Numbered from the stretch's first letter, positions 13,925-26,480 are shown. The stretch is 64,000 bases of DNA from Guillardia theta CCMP2712 (GCF_000315625.1 NW_005434635.1:508824-572823), one strand, 5' to 3'. A program made the numbers and translations. Notes: generated from the sequence alone by a model not told the origin.

Positions 13925-15773
13925 ATGGCTGGTAGTTCTTGTTTGTATATCGCTTTATGCAATGCACTCATCGCTGCCGTGTGCTGTGACTCCCCGTCAG
14001 GTGAAGACTGTGTTGTAAGTTGCTTGCTGTAAAGAGAACTACTTTGCAGTCACGATATCGAGGCCGAAGCAAACAGAAAGACTCAATTCCAAGAAAGTAG
14101 ATTTCGAGGTGAATGTGGCAGGGCTGCAGTTACCATCAGGTGAGTAGGCTGCTACTCGTGTGCATGTAAGGTCTGATCATATCGACCCGCAGATGGCATG
14201 GCCCAGCTTTACATCAATGACGTGCTTGCCCTCAACATCACGCAGAACCGAGTTGTAGTTGCTGCCCCGTTGGAGAGTGGTTTCCACAAGGTGGCTGCTG
14301 CTGTCAAGTTTCCTTCCGATGAAGTTGAGACGACAGGCTCACGCTGTTCTCAACGACACATCTGGAAACTTGATCTCAAGAAGTCAAGACATCCATTTCC
14401 TCGTCGACGTCTCTGATGTGATAGAATCGACAGCAGAACGTTTGTTTGCAGCATCATCGTCCATCTACGTTGACATCTGTTCTCAACTGAAGGAATCTCC
14501 TTTCTGCCCAAGGAACCGGGAAGGGTGTCAGTGATCATCGCGTCGCACGATCGGTCAGAGTCTTGAAGTTTGTCATAGGATTGACGTTGTCTGTAGGTTT
14601 GAAATGCTAATGGACAGCATTGAATCCGTCAGGAGGCAAACTTACGAAGATTGGGAGATTATTGTGGTGAGCAGGAGATTGCAAACTATTACAGCACGCA
14701 GGTCTGACCAACCAGAGCAGGTCAACGACGCGTCCACAGACCCTCGTTACTACACCTTGATAGAAGACGTTACGATGATTCATCGTAGATTGTCAAAGTT
14801 TCTCTTGGAACGTTGGCTGAAGACTTTGTCAGTCCCTTACAACATTGGGAGGCCCGGACTTGTTCGCAATGTGGGGATTTCAGCAGCCTCCGGTAGCCAT
14901 GAAGCTTTTTCCACCATCAGTGCGCTCATGAGCTGTTGCAGGAGAGTACGTAGCCTTTCTGGACGATGATGATGTTTGGTTGCCCAACAAGCTACAGCGG
15001 CAGGTAGGAGGGAAGATGATGGGCAGCTTCGATGGGTAGCTGACGGACCTCAGCTGGAGGTGATGGAGCAGCGGGGAGTCAACATGTCATGCTCGGATGC
15101 TGTAAGATGTCTCAGGTATCGATGACGCATGACCTTGTGAAGTTGGCGGGGAACGGATCGTTCGTACAAGGCAAGGAGTACCAGAGGTGTCCGGACTCGC
15201 TCGCTGCCGTCAGCTCACTCGTAGCTCAGGTGGCTGCGGGATGCGCATGGCCCTTACGCAGTGAGGATGGTAATGGAGGGGGCAAGACACTTCGGTTAGA
15301 CCCTCGGCTCCTCAACTTCTCTGACGGGGGAGCAGGAGAGATGTACGACATGGAGAGGGCAGTTCGAGAAGGCCATTGTTTCCATGTGGAGCACTGCCTC
15401 CCAGGCAAGAGTCCGCCCTGCTGTCTTACCATGGAGCTGATAGGGGGGCAGATGTGTGGGATTGGTATCTGCTGGTGAGAGCTAACTTTGTGATCACGAC
15501 ATCGGTGAGGCTGGGGATGTACCCATACCTCATCTCACTTTTTGCTGGAGTTCCTGGCCAAGCGCGACCTCTTGTTTGCAGCAGGTCCTTTCAACAACAA
15601 GACGCTAGGTAAGAATAGACTATAGCCCTGCCGCAGGTGACAGGCCGCCAGGGGAGGATCATGATCTATGGAAGAATTGCTTGCGGCTCTCGAGGCTGGC
15701 GTTCGTACGGGAGCCTCTGGTCTACTGGAGGATCGACAGCCCCGACAAGCTCACTCAGAGCTGGAAAGATTAG
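13925..15773 (+). CDS. Glycosyltransferase family 2 (GT-A fold) with signal peptide and N-terminal beta-sandwich domain
   Basis: Spliced exons give [10 protein letters not shown]|[23 protein letters not shown]|VNDASTD...RNVGISAAS|[21 protein letters not shown]...GEDHDLW. TAG ends at 15773. Confidence 0.85.
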
Positions 15774-15975
15774 CCCGACTCCCGGTTATTGACGGTTACT
15801 CAGTAGTATTTCCGAACTCGGTAGTTCCGGTCAAACTGGCCCGGCGCGGGCCCGGCGACATGATCCGAACTTCGATGGAGAGAGTGACGTTGGAGGCGAG
15901 CACGGAGTGAGGGGGTGGTATACAAGTGCTTAAGGGGGGTGGGGTCATGTGAAAGGTACAGGTGTACTCAAAGCA

Positions 15976-16344
15976 ATGGCGCGGGTGCAGGAAGTGACGG
16001 GCAGCGCGACTGAGGAGGCGATGGCACGTGTGATGGAGTGGGTAGGAGGCAAGGATATCGGGAGAATGGCAGCCTGCTCTACGTCGATGAGAGAGCACGC
16101 GAGCAGAGAAGAGCTATGGCAGACTCTGTGTCGAAGAGACTTCGGTATCCTCCATCCAGCCGACAGATGCGGATGGCGAGACACGTACAAGACGGGCTGC
16201 TCAGACTCAATCCTTTACTTTAACGGTCATCCGGACTATGTAGAATATATTGGATGGAGAAACGTAGAAGTCGTTGACGACATGAAGAAGTTTAGCGCCG
16301 ACGAAGTGAACTCTCTCCGGCGTATGCATGAGATTCGAACATGA
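15976..16344 (+). CDS. Small single-exon F-box-like protein (122 aa)
   Basis: EEAMARVMEWVGGKDIGRMAACSTSMREHASREELWQTLCRRDF...WRDTYK fits the F-box and its following helix pattern. Confidence 0.65.
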   Translation: MARVQEVTGSATEEAMARVMEWVGGKDIGRMAACSTSMREHASREELWQTLCRRDFGILHPADRCGWRDTYKTGCSDSILYFNGHPDYVEYIGWRNVEVVDDMKKFSADEVNSLRRMHEIRT

Positions 16345-16467
16345 ATCTACTCCTGTCTTCTTCCTTGTTGCTGCATGCATTGTCATCCCATGCGCATGTA
16401 TTAAAGCCTTGACTGTCTTTGACCATTCCTGCTCCTCATTGGTTGCCATGCTTGTCGTCGACGCTCT

Positions 16468-18109
16468 TCAAGTCGACTCTACTCCTCCCTTCTCTTTGTG
16501 AGCCCCTTCATGACTGTCTCCATCATCACCCTGACTTGAGTGAGAATGGGGATCAGCAGAAATGTGACTTCACCTTTCCTCCTTGAACAGGCAGAGAAAC
16601 AGAGTCAGATCCCTCCTGCTCAGCAAGTCAACCCCGCTTGTATCGCGACCATGAATAACCTCGGTGCCCTCAGCGTCCAACATGATGGAACGCATGCGAT
16701 CCTCAAGAGTCTTCAACGCACGAGCCCTGCAGCTTGTCTGTCAGGCATGATCTCGAGCATGACGTCCTTTCAGTGGACGCACTGTAGGCGTTCATTGTGT
16801 TTCTTACCTCCTCCTCTCTGCGTCAGCTACGTTTGACCCAGGAAGCGGAGGAGCTGGGACGTTGACAGGTGGAGCTCCTGCAGCCATCGCACCATCCCAA
16901 GCACCTCTGAGAACTCCTGCGAGCAGCAAACTTGAGCTGGGAGGAAGTGACAAGGGCAAAAGACCTGGCGGCAACGCCTGTCGGAGCTCCGACGATCGTG
17001 CTGGGATATCGTCGAGCATTGACTGTACGCTCTTTCCACAGACCATCTTGAAGGCTGAGGAGGAAACGACTTGCATCAAAGGGCTGCCAGTGCATCAAGT
17101 ATAAGTGGTAGGGCTTCAAATTTTCAAGAGCTTCACCGTAGAGCGACCGGGAAAAACATGATGAAGGCCATATGATCGCTCATATCGCCTCTCATGCCAT
17201 CGATGGTGCGCTGAAGGAATCGCAGATACAACCAACCGAAATATGTCCCACAACAGCATTGCAGAAAAACCTGCTCGGAACCATCAAGGTGCTAGAGCTA
17301 GCGGAAGAGGAAATGCTCACCGGTGCCAACTCAAGTATAGAAAGGATGGCGGAGAAGCAGATCAAGACACCTTGGGTCAGCTTATCAGCTTCCTTGCATC
17401 GCAACGGTATCAAGGAGTTGCCTGGGATATCTTTGGCACAAAAATTCATGAATGGCTGTCCAAAGAGGATGATGGGTTCCTACGAGACATGGGTCAGTGA
17501 CGTCATCGTGCACTCGCTTTCACTCACCTCAGGAAGTTTCTGCTTGATAGTCACGATGAGTGCAGCGATGATTCCGATTCCGCCAGAGATAGGCATTTCA
17601 AGGAATTTGTAGTTGAATGAAGCCATGTAGTACACGATTTGTGAGATGAACACACTCAGCCCAACACACAGGTTCGAAAAAAAAATATATTTGACGAACT
17701 CAGCTGAACCCCAGGAGGGCACGAGCCAACGACCCATGATGAGGAAAGTGAGCGCGAGCAAGATAGCCTAAGCAGAAGTGAGAGTGAGAACTCAAAGAGA
17801 GGAAAGCAAATAGAGCATCACCAGAACGATGTTCGTATTGAAGAATCCAGCGGTGAACACATTCCAAATGTAAGAGTGTGCACCATACGTGTTAGTGGCT
17901 TTGATAGCGAGTATACTTTCAAGCGAGGGAACAAGTTGAGCCAACACGTATAGAAGCAGAGTCAAACCAGCAAAAAACTGAAAGCAAAGAGTGTTATTAA
18001 AGGAGAAGATTGCAATTCAGAACGGCCTTACTTTTGAAACGGAGGGAGCACTGAGCAATGCGGAGTACACCTCAGCTGAAGTGGCAGGCACTATGGGTGA
18101 ATGGTCCAT
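16468..18109 (-). CDS. TMEM115: Transmembrane protein 115 (DUF1751, rhomboid-like Golgi protein)
   Basis: Exons give IWNVFTAGFF, GRWLVPSWGSAEFVKY, GWLYLRFLQRTIDGMRGDMSDHMAFIMFFP, DAERRR and RALKTLEDRM. The stop position is approximate. Confidence 0.88.
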
Positions 18110-18299
18110 CTTAAGACACCACGCCTACTTCAGTGGCTAGCTGCTGTTGAGACAAGACTTGAGCTGCAATCAGCAGCTGAGCTTCACAGTGATGCCAATA
18201 TCAAAGATGGTCTGATGATCAATTCACGGTGGTTGTTGGTAAACCTGCGAAAGAGCCAAGAAATGTTAGCAATTCAATCATTCCAACACCCGTTCGTCC

Positions 18300-19188
18300 A
18301 TGAAGATCTGCACCACATACTACACATGCTCTAAATGCAGCTGTCAGCAATATAAGCTCCGGGTATGGGACCGGACTCAGCGGACCCACCCATGTCGAAT
18401 CCTTTGTTCTAACTGTGTCGATCGCAAACAAACTTGGATTCTCGTCATCGAGTCCTCCTGCTTTGATCTTGGTCTTCACTACACGTCTTTGATCTTGGTC
18501 TTCACTACACGTCTTTGATCTCGGTCTTCACTACACGTCTTTGATCTTGGTCTTCACTACACGTCTTTGATCTCGGTCTTCACTACACGTCTTTGATCTT
18601 GGTCTTCACTACACGTCATTGATCTTGGTCGTCACTACACGTCATTGATCTTGGTCTTCACTACACGTCTTTGATCTTGGTCTTCACTACACGTCTTGGT
18701 CTCGCTGCTCGTCTTCCTTCTATTCGCACTCTCCCTCCATTCTCCCCTCCCTCAAGCCCTTCAGTCCCCGCGCCCTGGAAAGTTGCCGCATCGTCTGTCG
18801 GTCCGTTGGATACAGTTACATTCCACAACGTATGCGTAACCGTATTTGATCCTGAAGCAGGTGGAGGCGGCGATGGGCGAGCAACCAGGTTGTGGAAGAG
18901 GAGGAGGAGGAGGAGGAGGAGGAAGAGGAGGAGTATGAGGATGTGGTTAGAGCAACGTGATGGAGGGAAGTACATCGACGGTTAACGAGCAGCCAAAAAC
19001 GATGCACTGAGAGCTGATTGTGATGGAAGAAAGGCGAGCAACGAACTTCAGGGTGTTGGACTTCGCAAGACGCAGGATGATGCTATGAGATTAGAGGAGA
19101 CCAGCTGCTGATATTCCGAAAATCACGGTACAGGCAAGATCGACAAGGTTAAGGTGAAGAAGATCGAGCAGACTGTTCAACACGAGTA
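18300..19188 (+). CDS. Possible small Cys-rich (CxxC...CxxC) hypothetical protein whose first intron holds the 26-bp minisatellite
   Basis: MKICTTYYTCSKCSC...RILCSNC ORF, divergent from TMEM115. Downstream exon structure is ambiguous. Confidence 0.25.
18461..18694. repeat. Minisatellite, 9 x 26 bp (CTTTGATCTTGGTCTTCACTACACGT)
   Basis: Direct head-to-tail copies start at 18461 with period 26 and carry few substitutions. There are no spacers. Confidence 0.95.
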
Positions 19189-19247
19189 GGCGGTGATACT
19201 AGAGTCGTGTCGGAGAGCAGAGGAGGTTTCAAAGTGTAGTAGAAAAG

Positions 19248-22200
19248 ATGCTGCCAAGCATGGGCAGGCCCTCGAAGAAGGGTTCCAAGTTCAGAGGAAA
19301 GCGATCTTCAAGGTAATTTACATATTCGGAAGGCTTTCTCTCTTCCTATCTCTTGTTGTGACTTGCGCACACAGGTTGTACGTGCGGTTCGCTGTCTTCC
19401 TGCTCGTTCTGGCTTCACCATGGGCTTTCCTTCACTTTCGTCACGGTCGTCCATCGAACTCAGGTGGAGGAGCAGGAGATGTGAAAGGTCAGCCCAGCAA
19501 GCAAGCTCTCCTCCTCCAGCACAGCAACACCACCTGGGCTGAGAAAGGATTGACGTCTCACCGAACATCTGAATGGATCACCCGGACTGTGCGAGACACT
19601 TTGAGCAGCATCAAAGGTTGGTCAGAGGCTTGTCTCCTCTTTCTTCATGCATGTGCAGGTTTCCATGTGAACTCAGACGATCAAGAATCAGAGTGGAATG
19701 CTGGAGAAATTTCCTTCCATGTTGCCAGCAACAACTGCGATTCGGTCTGCCAGTCTGCAGGGAAGGTTTGTGCTCGAGACTGGTTTGTCTTCTTGGATAG
19801 GTCGCAGCAGCTCACATGTGAATCTTCACGCCTTCCTGATGGATGTCTACTTTGTTCAGGTGTGACATTGCCAAGAAAGTTTTCCCCGAGGGCACATGCA
19901 GCTTTGCTTTCTATCCAGGTTCGCAGCACTTATCAATTGAAGCTCTTGTGACGTACCTTATTGCGCAGACATGCCATTCTATGATAAGACCACAAAAGAG
20001 ATCTTTGTCAGCAAAGACACCAAGCTTGACCCCCCGACGTGCGATGCTGCTCCCTTGGGCGGTCGAAGTGCAGAGCGATTGTGTCCTTGTGTTCCAACGT
20101 CCCATGCGAGAGCGGCAGCAGAAGTCAAGGCAGAGAAGAATGTCTTGGAAATTATGAAAAAGATCATCACTGAACAGGTTGAGCCCTGACTGAAGATCTG
20201 AAAGACAAGTGTAGCCGCTGATTTTTCCTGTCAGAACGCCCAAGAAAGGTTGGAGCGGTCACGAGGGGTCACCAATGGCATTGAGCTCGATGTTTACGGC
20301 AAACAAGTAAGAGCTGTTGCGCTTCAGTGACAAGTGAGTTTTTTCGCGTCAGGTCTCCTCGTCCTTGCTCAATGATCTTCAGTACGGAAGGTGGGAGGAG
20401 GAGGAAGAGACGGAGGGGAGAGGGAGAGGAAGAGGGAGGAGGTGCAAGAAGCTTATGGGGAGTTTTCACGTGACAGGGTCTCGTTTCTCAAGAGTAAGAT
20501 GGGAGACACGTGTGAAATGACTTGCAAGGCCTCGTCTCTTAAGTGCTCCAGTCGCTGGTCACTTTCCCCTCATGCCCGGATGGAGATCTGAACGTGCTGG
20601 GACCGCAGGTTCCGGTACCTCAACAAATGTGAGGTCCTCCTGGCCGCATGGCCGCAGAAAAGCAATGGAGAATACTTCAAGAACTGCGGCAACCAGTGAT
20701 GCTGATGGTTCTACAGGAATTTAGCAACTGATGCTTGTCGACAGGTTCTACGGTCACGACCTGCCCGGCCTCCAGGAGGAGATGCAGCTTCTGCTCCTCA
20801 ACAATGACATCAACGGGTTCCCGACGAATTGTGGAGGACGAGGAGACCGTACGTCGAGGATTTGCCCTTGCAGCTACAAGTAGGAGGAGGGGAGAGTGAC
20901 GGGGGGAGGGAGGGTCATGACTTGGTTCGATCAGATACCCCAACACCAAGTCGACCTATCACACAGTTTTCAATGTCCAGAGCAAGCAATATTTTGAGTG
21001 GCAGTCCAGATACAACGTCTTCTGGCACAAGCAGGTTCCCTGCCTATTCTTTCCCCTAGTTTGGAATCACTTCCTACTCCTTTTCTCCTCTCCCCTCCCC
21101 TCCACGCACATGCCAGAGACCTGGCTTGTCCTTCTTGTCCTCTCCTCCTCCCCCTCACCTATCTTCTGCTAACATTTCACCAGGTTGGACAACCCGGAAA
21201 GATCACCCGCCTGCTCTCCATGGGTGGCGCTTGGCCAACAGATGGGAATCCACATCCTGTAGGCGATCATCTTATGAAGGAGGTCAGCCAGAGCATTCTT
21301 GTCGTCTTCCTCCCTCTTCCTCCTCCTCCTCCTCCTCCTCCTCCTCCTCTCCCTTTTCCTTCTCCTGTTTCTCCTCCTCCTATGCAATCTCTTCCTCATC
21401 TCGTTCTTCTTGGTTTTCACCATGTTCTTCATTGATGCTCAATCTATCAGGTCCCAACGCACATCGCTCCTCAGTACGACTACAGGATAGACAGTTACGT
21501 TGCTTATAACAAGCCTCTTTCCATCACTCACTGGCTGCAGACAACAGAGGTTGACTCTCCTCGTCCTCGTCCTCCTCCACCTCCTGCTCCACCTCCTCCA
21601 AACTCTCTGCCTCTCTTGTTCTCCTCCTCCCATGTTGAAACTTCTCTTGATGCTTTCTTTCTCCGTTGGGTCTCATATTTGTGCATCTCTTCTCCTCTTT
21701 GCCTTCGATTTGTTCACACAGACAGCAGGTGAAAGAAGACATCATCATAATAATCGACCCAGATTGCGCCTATATTAACAAAATGGACATTCAAGTTGAT
21801 GAGGGAGCTCCGGTTTCCACTCAGGTGAAGAAACTTTGACGATTGTTACGGTGGATATCAGCATTTGCTTATGGTCATTCTCATTTCATCTTGTTTGCAC
21901 CTCTACACTCCTCACCTTATCTCTTCCCTTTACTTGTGGTCCTTGCTTTCTTGTTTTCATTCGTATCTTGTAGGGATATTACAGCTTCAAAGACGAGAAC
22001 AGCATCGAGATGCAGATCGCGAAACATTATTGCAAGGTAAGGAAGGAGCGAGCGAAGGCGAGGGAGGGGCGAGCGGCGAGGGACGAAGGGAGCGAAGGGG
22101 AGGAAGGGGGCGTATCGATTCAGTGATCGAGATACGGGAAGAGGAGCAGGCGGTGGTGGAATAGGAAGGACGGAAGTGGAGGATTTCACGGTGATGAGAA

Positions 22201-23646
22201 GGGGGAAGGAGGAGGAGGAGGAGGAGGAGGAGGAAGAGGAGAAGGAGGAGGAGAAGGAGAGGGTAAAAGGGGAGAAGGAGATCAGGAGCAGGGAGGAGAA
22301 GAAGTTGAGATTTTGTGCAGGGCATCTGCAAACATTATGATCCGATCGCTGTTCCTGTTGTTATCCACAAGAACGACCTTGCAAGATTGGCTCCCCTGTG
22401 GCTCACTTACACAGAAGCAATCAGAAAGGACAGGCATGTCTTCCTTCTGCTCATCCTCCTCCTTCTCCTCCTCCTCGCTTCTTCTTCCTTCACTGCTCCC
22501 TCCACCTCGAGCGCCTCTTCCCTTCTCCTGCCTCTCTCCTCCCCTCCTCCTCTCCTCCTCTCCTCCTCTCCTCCTCTCCTCCTCCCCTTCTTGTGCATTC
22601 TCTGTCAACTCGATGTCCCTTGCTCTCACTTGAAGGGGAGCAGGGAGGGGCCCAACAAGTGGCCGATAGAGTGGAACGACAATCGTTTCACCGTCAACCG
22701 CATCGAGTGGGTTGCTGAGATGTTCGGCTACGTCCTCGCCGCTGCTCACCTGGACCTCCGTCACGAGATTATGGACCTCCAGCTCGTTCCCTCCGTGCAC
22801 AAGTGATCTCCTCCGCCGCCGCCGCCTCCTCCTCCTCCTCCGCCGCCGCCGCCTCCTCCTCCTCACTTCTCCTCCTCCTCCTCCTCACTTGTCCTCATCA
22901 CGTCTCCTCCTCCTCCTCCTCACGTCTCCTCCTCGTCCTCCTCACGTCTCCTCGTCCTCCTCCTCCTTGTTTCCTCTCCTCTCCTCATCTTCCAACCTCA
23001 TCCTCCGTCCTCCTCGACCGTGATGCTCACCCTCCTCCTCCTGTCAACTCCGTTGATCTCTCTCCTCTCCTCTGATCCATCAACAGGAAGCTCACCCCGG
23101 GCGTTCCTTTCCTTCACTTCCACGTGAGGATCGAGACGGCCGATCATCAGACGTGGAGCAAGGGCGTCGACCATGCGGGGCAGAAGTTTCCTTGGCCGGT
23201 CCGCTGCCCTTCCCAGCTGCCTTCCAGCTGACCTGCTTCAGGTGGCGGAGGGTACGGATGAAGTGACCACGCGGCTATTGCACGCACTGCACGATGCGTA
23301 CGAAGCGGTGAGAGGAGGGAGGCAGTGGAAGAGGGAGGGAGGGAAGGGAATGAGGGAAGGGGAGGGAGCAGGGGAGGAGGGGGAGCAGGGGGAGGAGGAA
23401 GGGGAATGAGGGGGGGGGGAAGGGGAAGGGAAGGAGGGGTTGACAGGAGGAGACATGTTATGACATTCGGGCGCAACAGCTTGGGGAGACGAAGAGGATG
23501 AAGGAGAACAAGTGGGACAACTACTTCAGCGAGTGGGCGAATCCTTCCAACGAGGTCGAACGAAGGCGTCTCCTCTCCCTCCACTCCGTCTCCTCCTCCC
23601 TTCCCTCCAACTTCACTATTCTTTGAGTGTTCGTGCCCAAGGTGTA
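19248..23646 (+). CDS. Type II membrane glycosyltransferase, GT96 (peptidyl-serine alpha-galactosyltransferase)/HPAT-like, with two N-terminal Cys-rich MGAT5-C-terminal-like modules
   Basis: Basic tail followed by TM (LYVRFAVFLLVLASPWAFLHF). Catalytic exons give YHTVFNVQSKQYFEWQ, VGQPGKITRLLS, YVAYNKPLSITHWL, IIIDPDC, PVVIHKNDLARLAPLW and WVAEMFGYVLAAAHLDLRH. The 3' end is approximate. Confidence 0.8.
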
Positions 23647-23710
23647 AACTTGATGTGCATTTATTCCCTCCTCCACCAGCTGCACTAGTTAGCTGAGGAG
23701 CAGCTCGGGT

Positions 23711-24942
23711 TCAGCCGGAGCTGCCGATCTTGAAGCGACCTGACTTATCCTCGATCGGCTCCCCTTCCGCATTCAGCGCGAGAGGAGCGATCCTCAGGTT
23801 GATAGTCTTGTCCTGCTTCCCCATGCCCTCCACTCTTCCTCCTCTCTTCCCGTCCTTCTCCTCCACCTCGGATGAAGCAGCTTGAGAGAAGATTTCGCCC
23901 TGTAGGAGCATCAGGGGCATGCCGCTCCCTCCCACCCTCCTCCTCCTCCTCCTCCTCCTCCTCCTACCGTCACAAAAGCGTTTGCATGCTCAAGGTCCAT
24001 AATGTCCTCGTACAAGACTGTTTCAGCTGAGGCCTGCGGGTCCCATCAGCTCTTCCTCCTCCTCCTCCTCCTCCTCACCAGCTGGTATTGCTCCGGTGAC
24101 GTCTGCCCCTTCCCCTTGGCGAAGATTCCGTTCCTATCCTGCTCGCTCACCGTCATCTCCATCACCTCCTAGCAGCGGGTGGGGACCAGGACGGAGACGG
24201 TGCCGTTCAAGTAGTGGATCCTCCACCTGACGTGCTTGAGCCACATGCTTTCCTCCTGCCCGTTGTTGATCTGAACATCCAGGCAGAAGCGAAACATTTT
24301 CCTCTTCCCCACGTCCAGGGCCATCTGAACTCAGGCGAGTGAGGGAGGGAGAGAGAGGAAACGATCGGGGTTACTTCTTCGAGGAAGTAGCTCGTCACCC
24401 CAACGATGACCTGCGGGAAACTATCATCCCCCTTCTCCTCCATTCTCCTCCTCCACCACCATCCTCCTCTTCCTTACCCCCCGACTCTCTCGTTCCTTCC
24501 TCCCCCCCCCCCCTCCCCTCTTCCTTCCTCCTCAATCCTCCCCTTCCCCCCTCGCAACCTTGTCTGTAATCCACACGCTCGTCAAGGGAACCATGTTACC
24601 GCCAGCAATCTTTCCGCAGGGCACCTGCAGGCGGGAGAGAAAATGAGGAGAGCACGGGAGGAGAGAAAGACAAGAAGCCCAGGCGGACAACATGAAGAAT
24701 GTTGAGGAGAAAGGAGATAGAGGAAAAGGCAAGGAGGAAACAATGAGCAAATAATGTCATTCAACTACCTTGACAATCTCGTTTTCCTGGGATAATGCAA
24801 GTCTGCCGACAAATGCATTGAACATGATGGGATTACTCTGGAACAATCGCATCAAACGGAGAAAACATCACCATCACCAACACCAACACCAACACCATAT
24901 GACAATTATCGTCTTGTCATCGTCGTCGTCGTCGTCGTCGTC

Positions 24943-25001
<59 letters not shown>

Positions 25002-26480
25002 GTTCTTCATTATGCAATCATTACAGGTTCAACGCCAGTCTCATGCCGAATGACTTGAAACCTGAGAAATCGTCACTCTCTGACTTCTTCACTACGGAAC
25101 TTCGTCAGCAGACTCACTGGAACGATCCGTACATCGAGCCTTGTCTTGTCTGTTGGGTCATAAGAGATTTGCCGTCAGTCCACAGCAAACTCCTTGTCGT
25201 CAATTACGAGGATCGGAGTTCGGCTCTCGTACTTGAAAACTTTCCCCGGTGACAACTTGGGTGTCAGACCGCGCGCCCCTATCAAGGGCGTCAAGTACAA
25301 GGAGGAGGAGGAGGAGGAGGAGGAGGAGGAGGAGGAGGAGGAGGAGGAGGAGGAGGAGGAGGAGGAGGAGGAGGAGGAGGAGGAGGAGCTGGTGGTTGAT
25401 CTACAGGAGCAGCAAAAAGGAAAATGTTCAGGAGGGACGGGAGCAGGAGCAGGAGGGAGGAGGGAGGCGAGGAGCAGGAGGGAGGAGGGAGGCGAGGAGC
25501 AGGAGGGAGGAGGGAGGCGAGGAGCAGGAGGGAGGAGGGAGGCGAGGAGCAGGAGGGAGGAGGGAGAGAGGAAAGAGGACCTGGCCCTTTGACTTCTGTT
25601 GTCTTGCCATTCGAATCAACAAACACCCAATGCCTGCAGATCACATCAGCCCAAGCTTCTCCTCTTCACTGCAAGTTCCTCGACAGAAGCTGAACCCTCT
25701 GGCTTCCCACGTTCTTGAACTCGATGCTGCGAGTCGGGTCAGGAGCAGTGGGAGGGGAGCAGGAGGAGGGACCGATAGATCCACCAGTGCTCGTCGTCGA
25801 AGAAACCATGATAGAAGCTCTCTGCAAAGATTCGGATGCCGTTGGTTGTGACGGAGCTGTACGCCTACGAGCGAGTGAGAGGAGCGAGGAAGACGCGGCA
25901 GGCTCACTGGAATCTCGTCCTCGCACTTGAGCACCTTCTCCTCCATCCCGTCGAACTCGCTCGCCTGTCTCACTTCGTCCGGCTGTGTCTGCCTGCTCCG
26001 GTCCGAGACAACCACCACCGACGCTGAGGCTGAGCAAGGTAGATGAGCAGCAGTAAGCAGGAAGAGGTAAGTCAATTGAGCAGGAGGAGGCAGGAAGAGG
26101 TAGACCAACTGAGCAGCAGCAGGCAGGCACAGCGGTCTTACAAGGAACCATCATACGCATCAACAGCCTCCTGCAGAGCCCCAGCACGTCGCTCCCCTTG
26201 TCCGTTGACCTTGCCATGCGTCAAACCTTCGTCTCCCTTCCCCTTCCCTCACTTCATGATGTGGGTCGTCACAGCAAATAACGCGACCAGAACCGCCAGC
26301 TGCAGTGCGTCCTTCATCGCCATGCTGCTCCTCTCAGTCCGGTCCTCGCACGGACAAGCCTCCTCGTCGTTTTTCTTGGTCGACGTCTCTTCCTGCTCGT
26401 TCCGGGTCGCCAGGGATCTTCTTGCCGCGTGGGTCTCGCTGGTTCGTTTCCTGCGCTTCTTCCTCTTCCTCAACTTCTCC
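23711..26480 (-). CDS. Protein with two tandem ApaG (DUF525) domains and an N-terminal hydrophobic segment
   Basis: Domain 1: TTNGIRIFAESFY...WWIYR|IEFKNVGSQRVQLLSR|HWVFVDSNGKTTEVKGP|GARGLTPKLSPGKVFKYES...GSMYGSF. Domain 2: ITDK|VIVGVTSYFLEE...VQINNGQEESMWLKHVRWRIHYLNG...INLRIAPLAL. The start is uncertain (26323 or further upstream). Confidence 0.75.
24917..25000. repeat. (TCG)n/(TCA)n trinucleotide microsatellite within an intron
   Basis: Directly visible. Confidence 0.9.
25301..25565. repeat. (GAG)n microsatellite (~29 units) followed by a 25-bp purine-rich tandem repeat (~4.5 copies), intronic
   Basis: (GAG)n at 25301-25388. The unit AGGAGGGAGGAGGGAGGCGAGGAGC repeats from 25451. Confidence 0.9.

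Noticed and set aside
18461-18694. 26-bp repeats as a CRISPR array
   Set aside because: The units are contiguous with no unique spacers, there are no cas genes, and the context is eukaryotic.
18279-18890. Minus-strand Cys-rich peptide gene requiring a GG-AG intron
   Set aside because: The upstream exon has no acceptor AG or start codon, and the splice would need an unsupported donor.
25249-25851. Arg-rich, Glu-rich and Pro-rich ORFs
   Set aside because: They are produced by intronic (GAG)n and 25-bp repeats within the ApaG gene.
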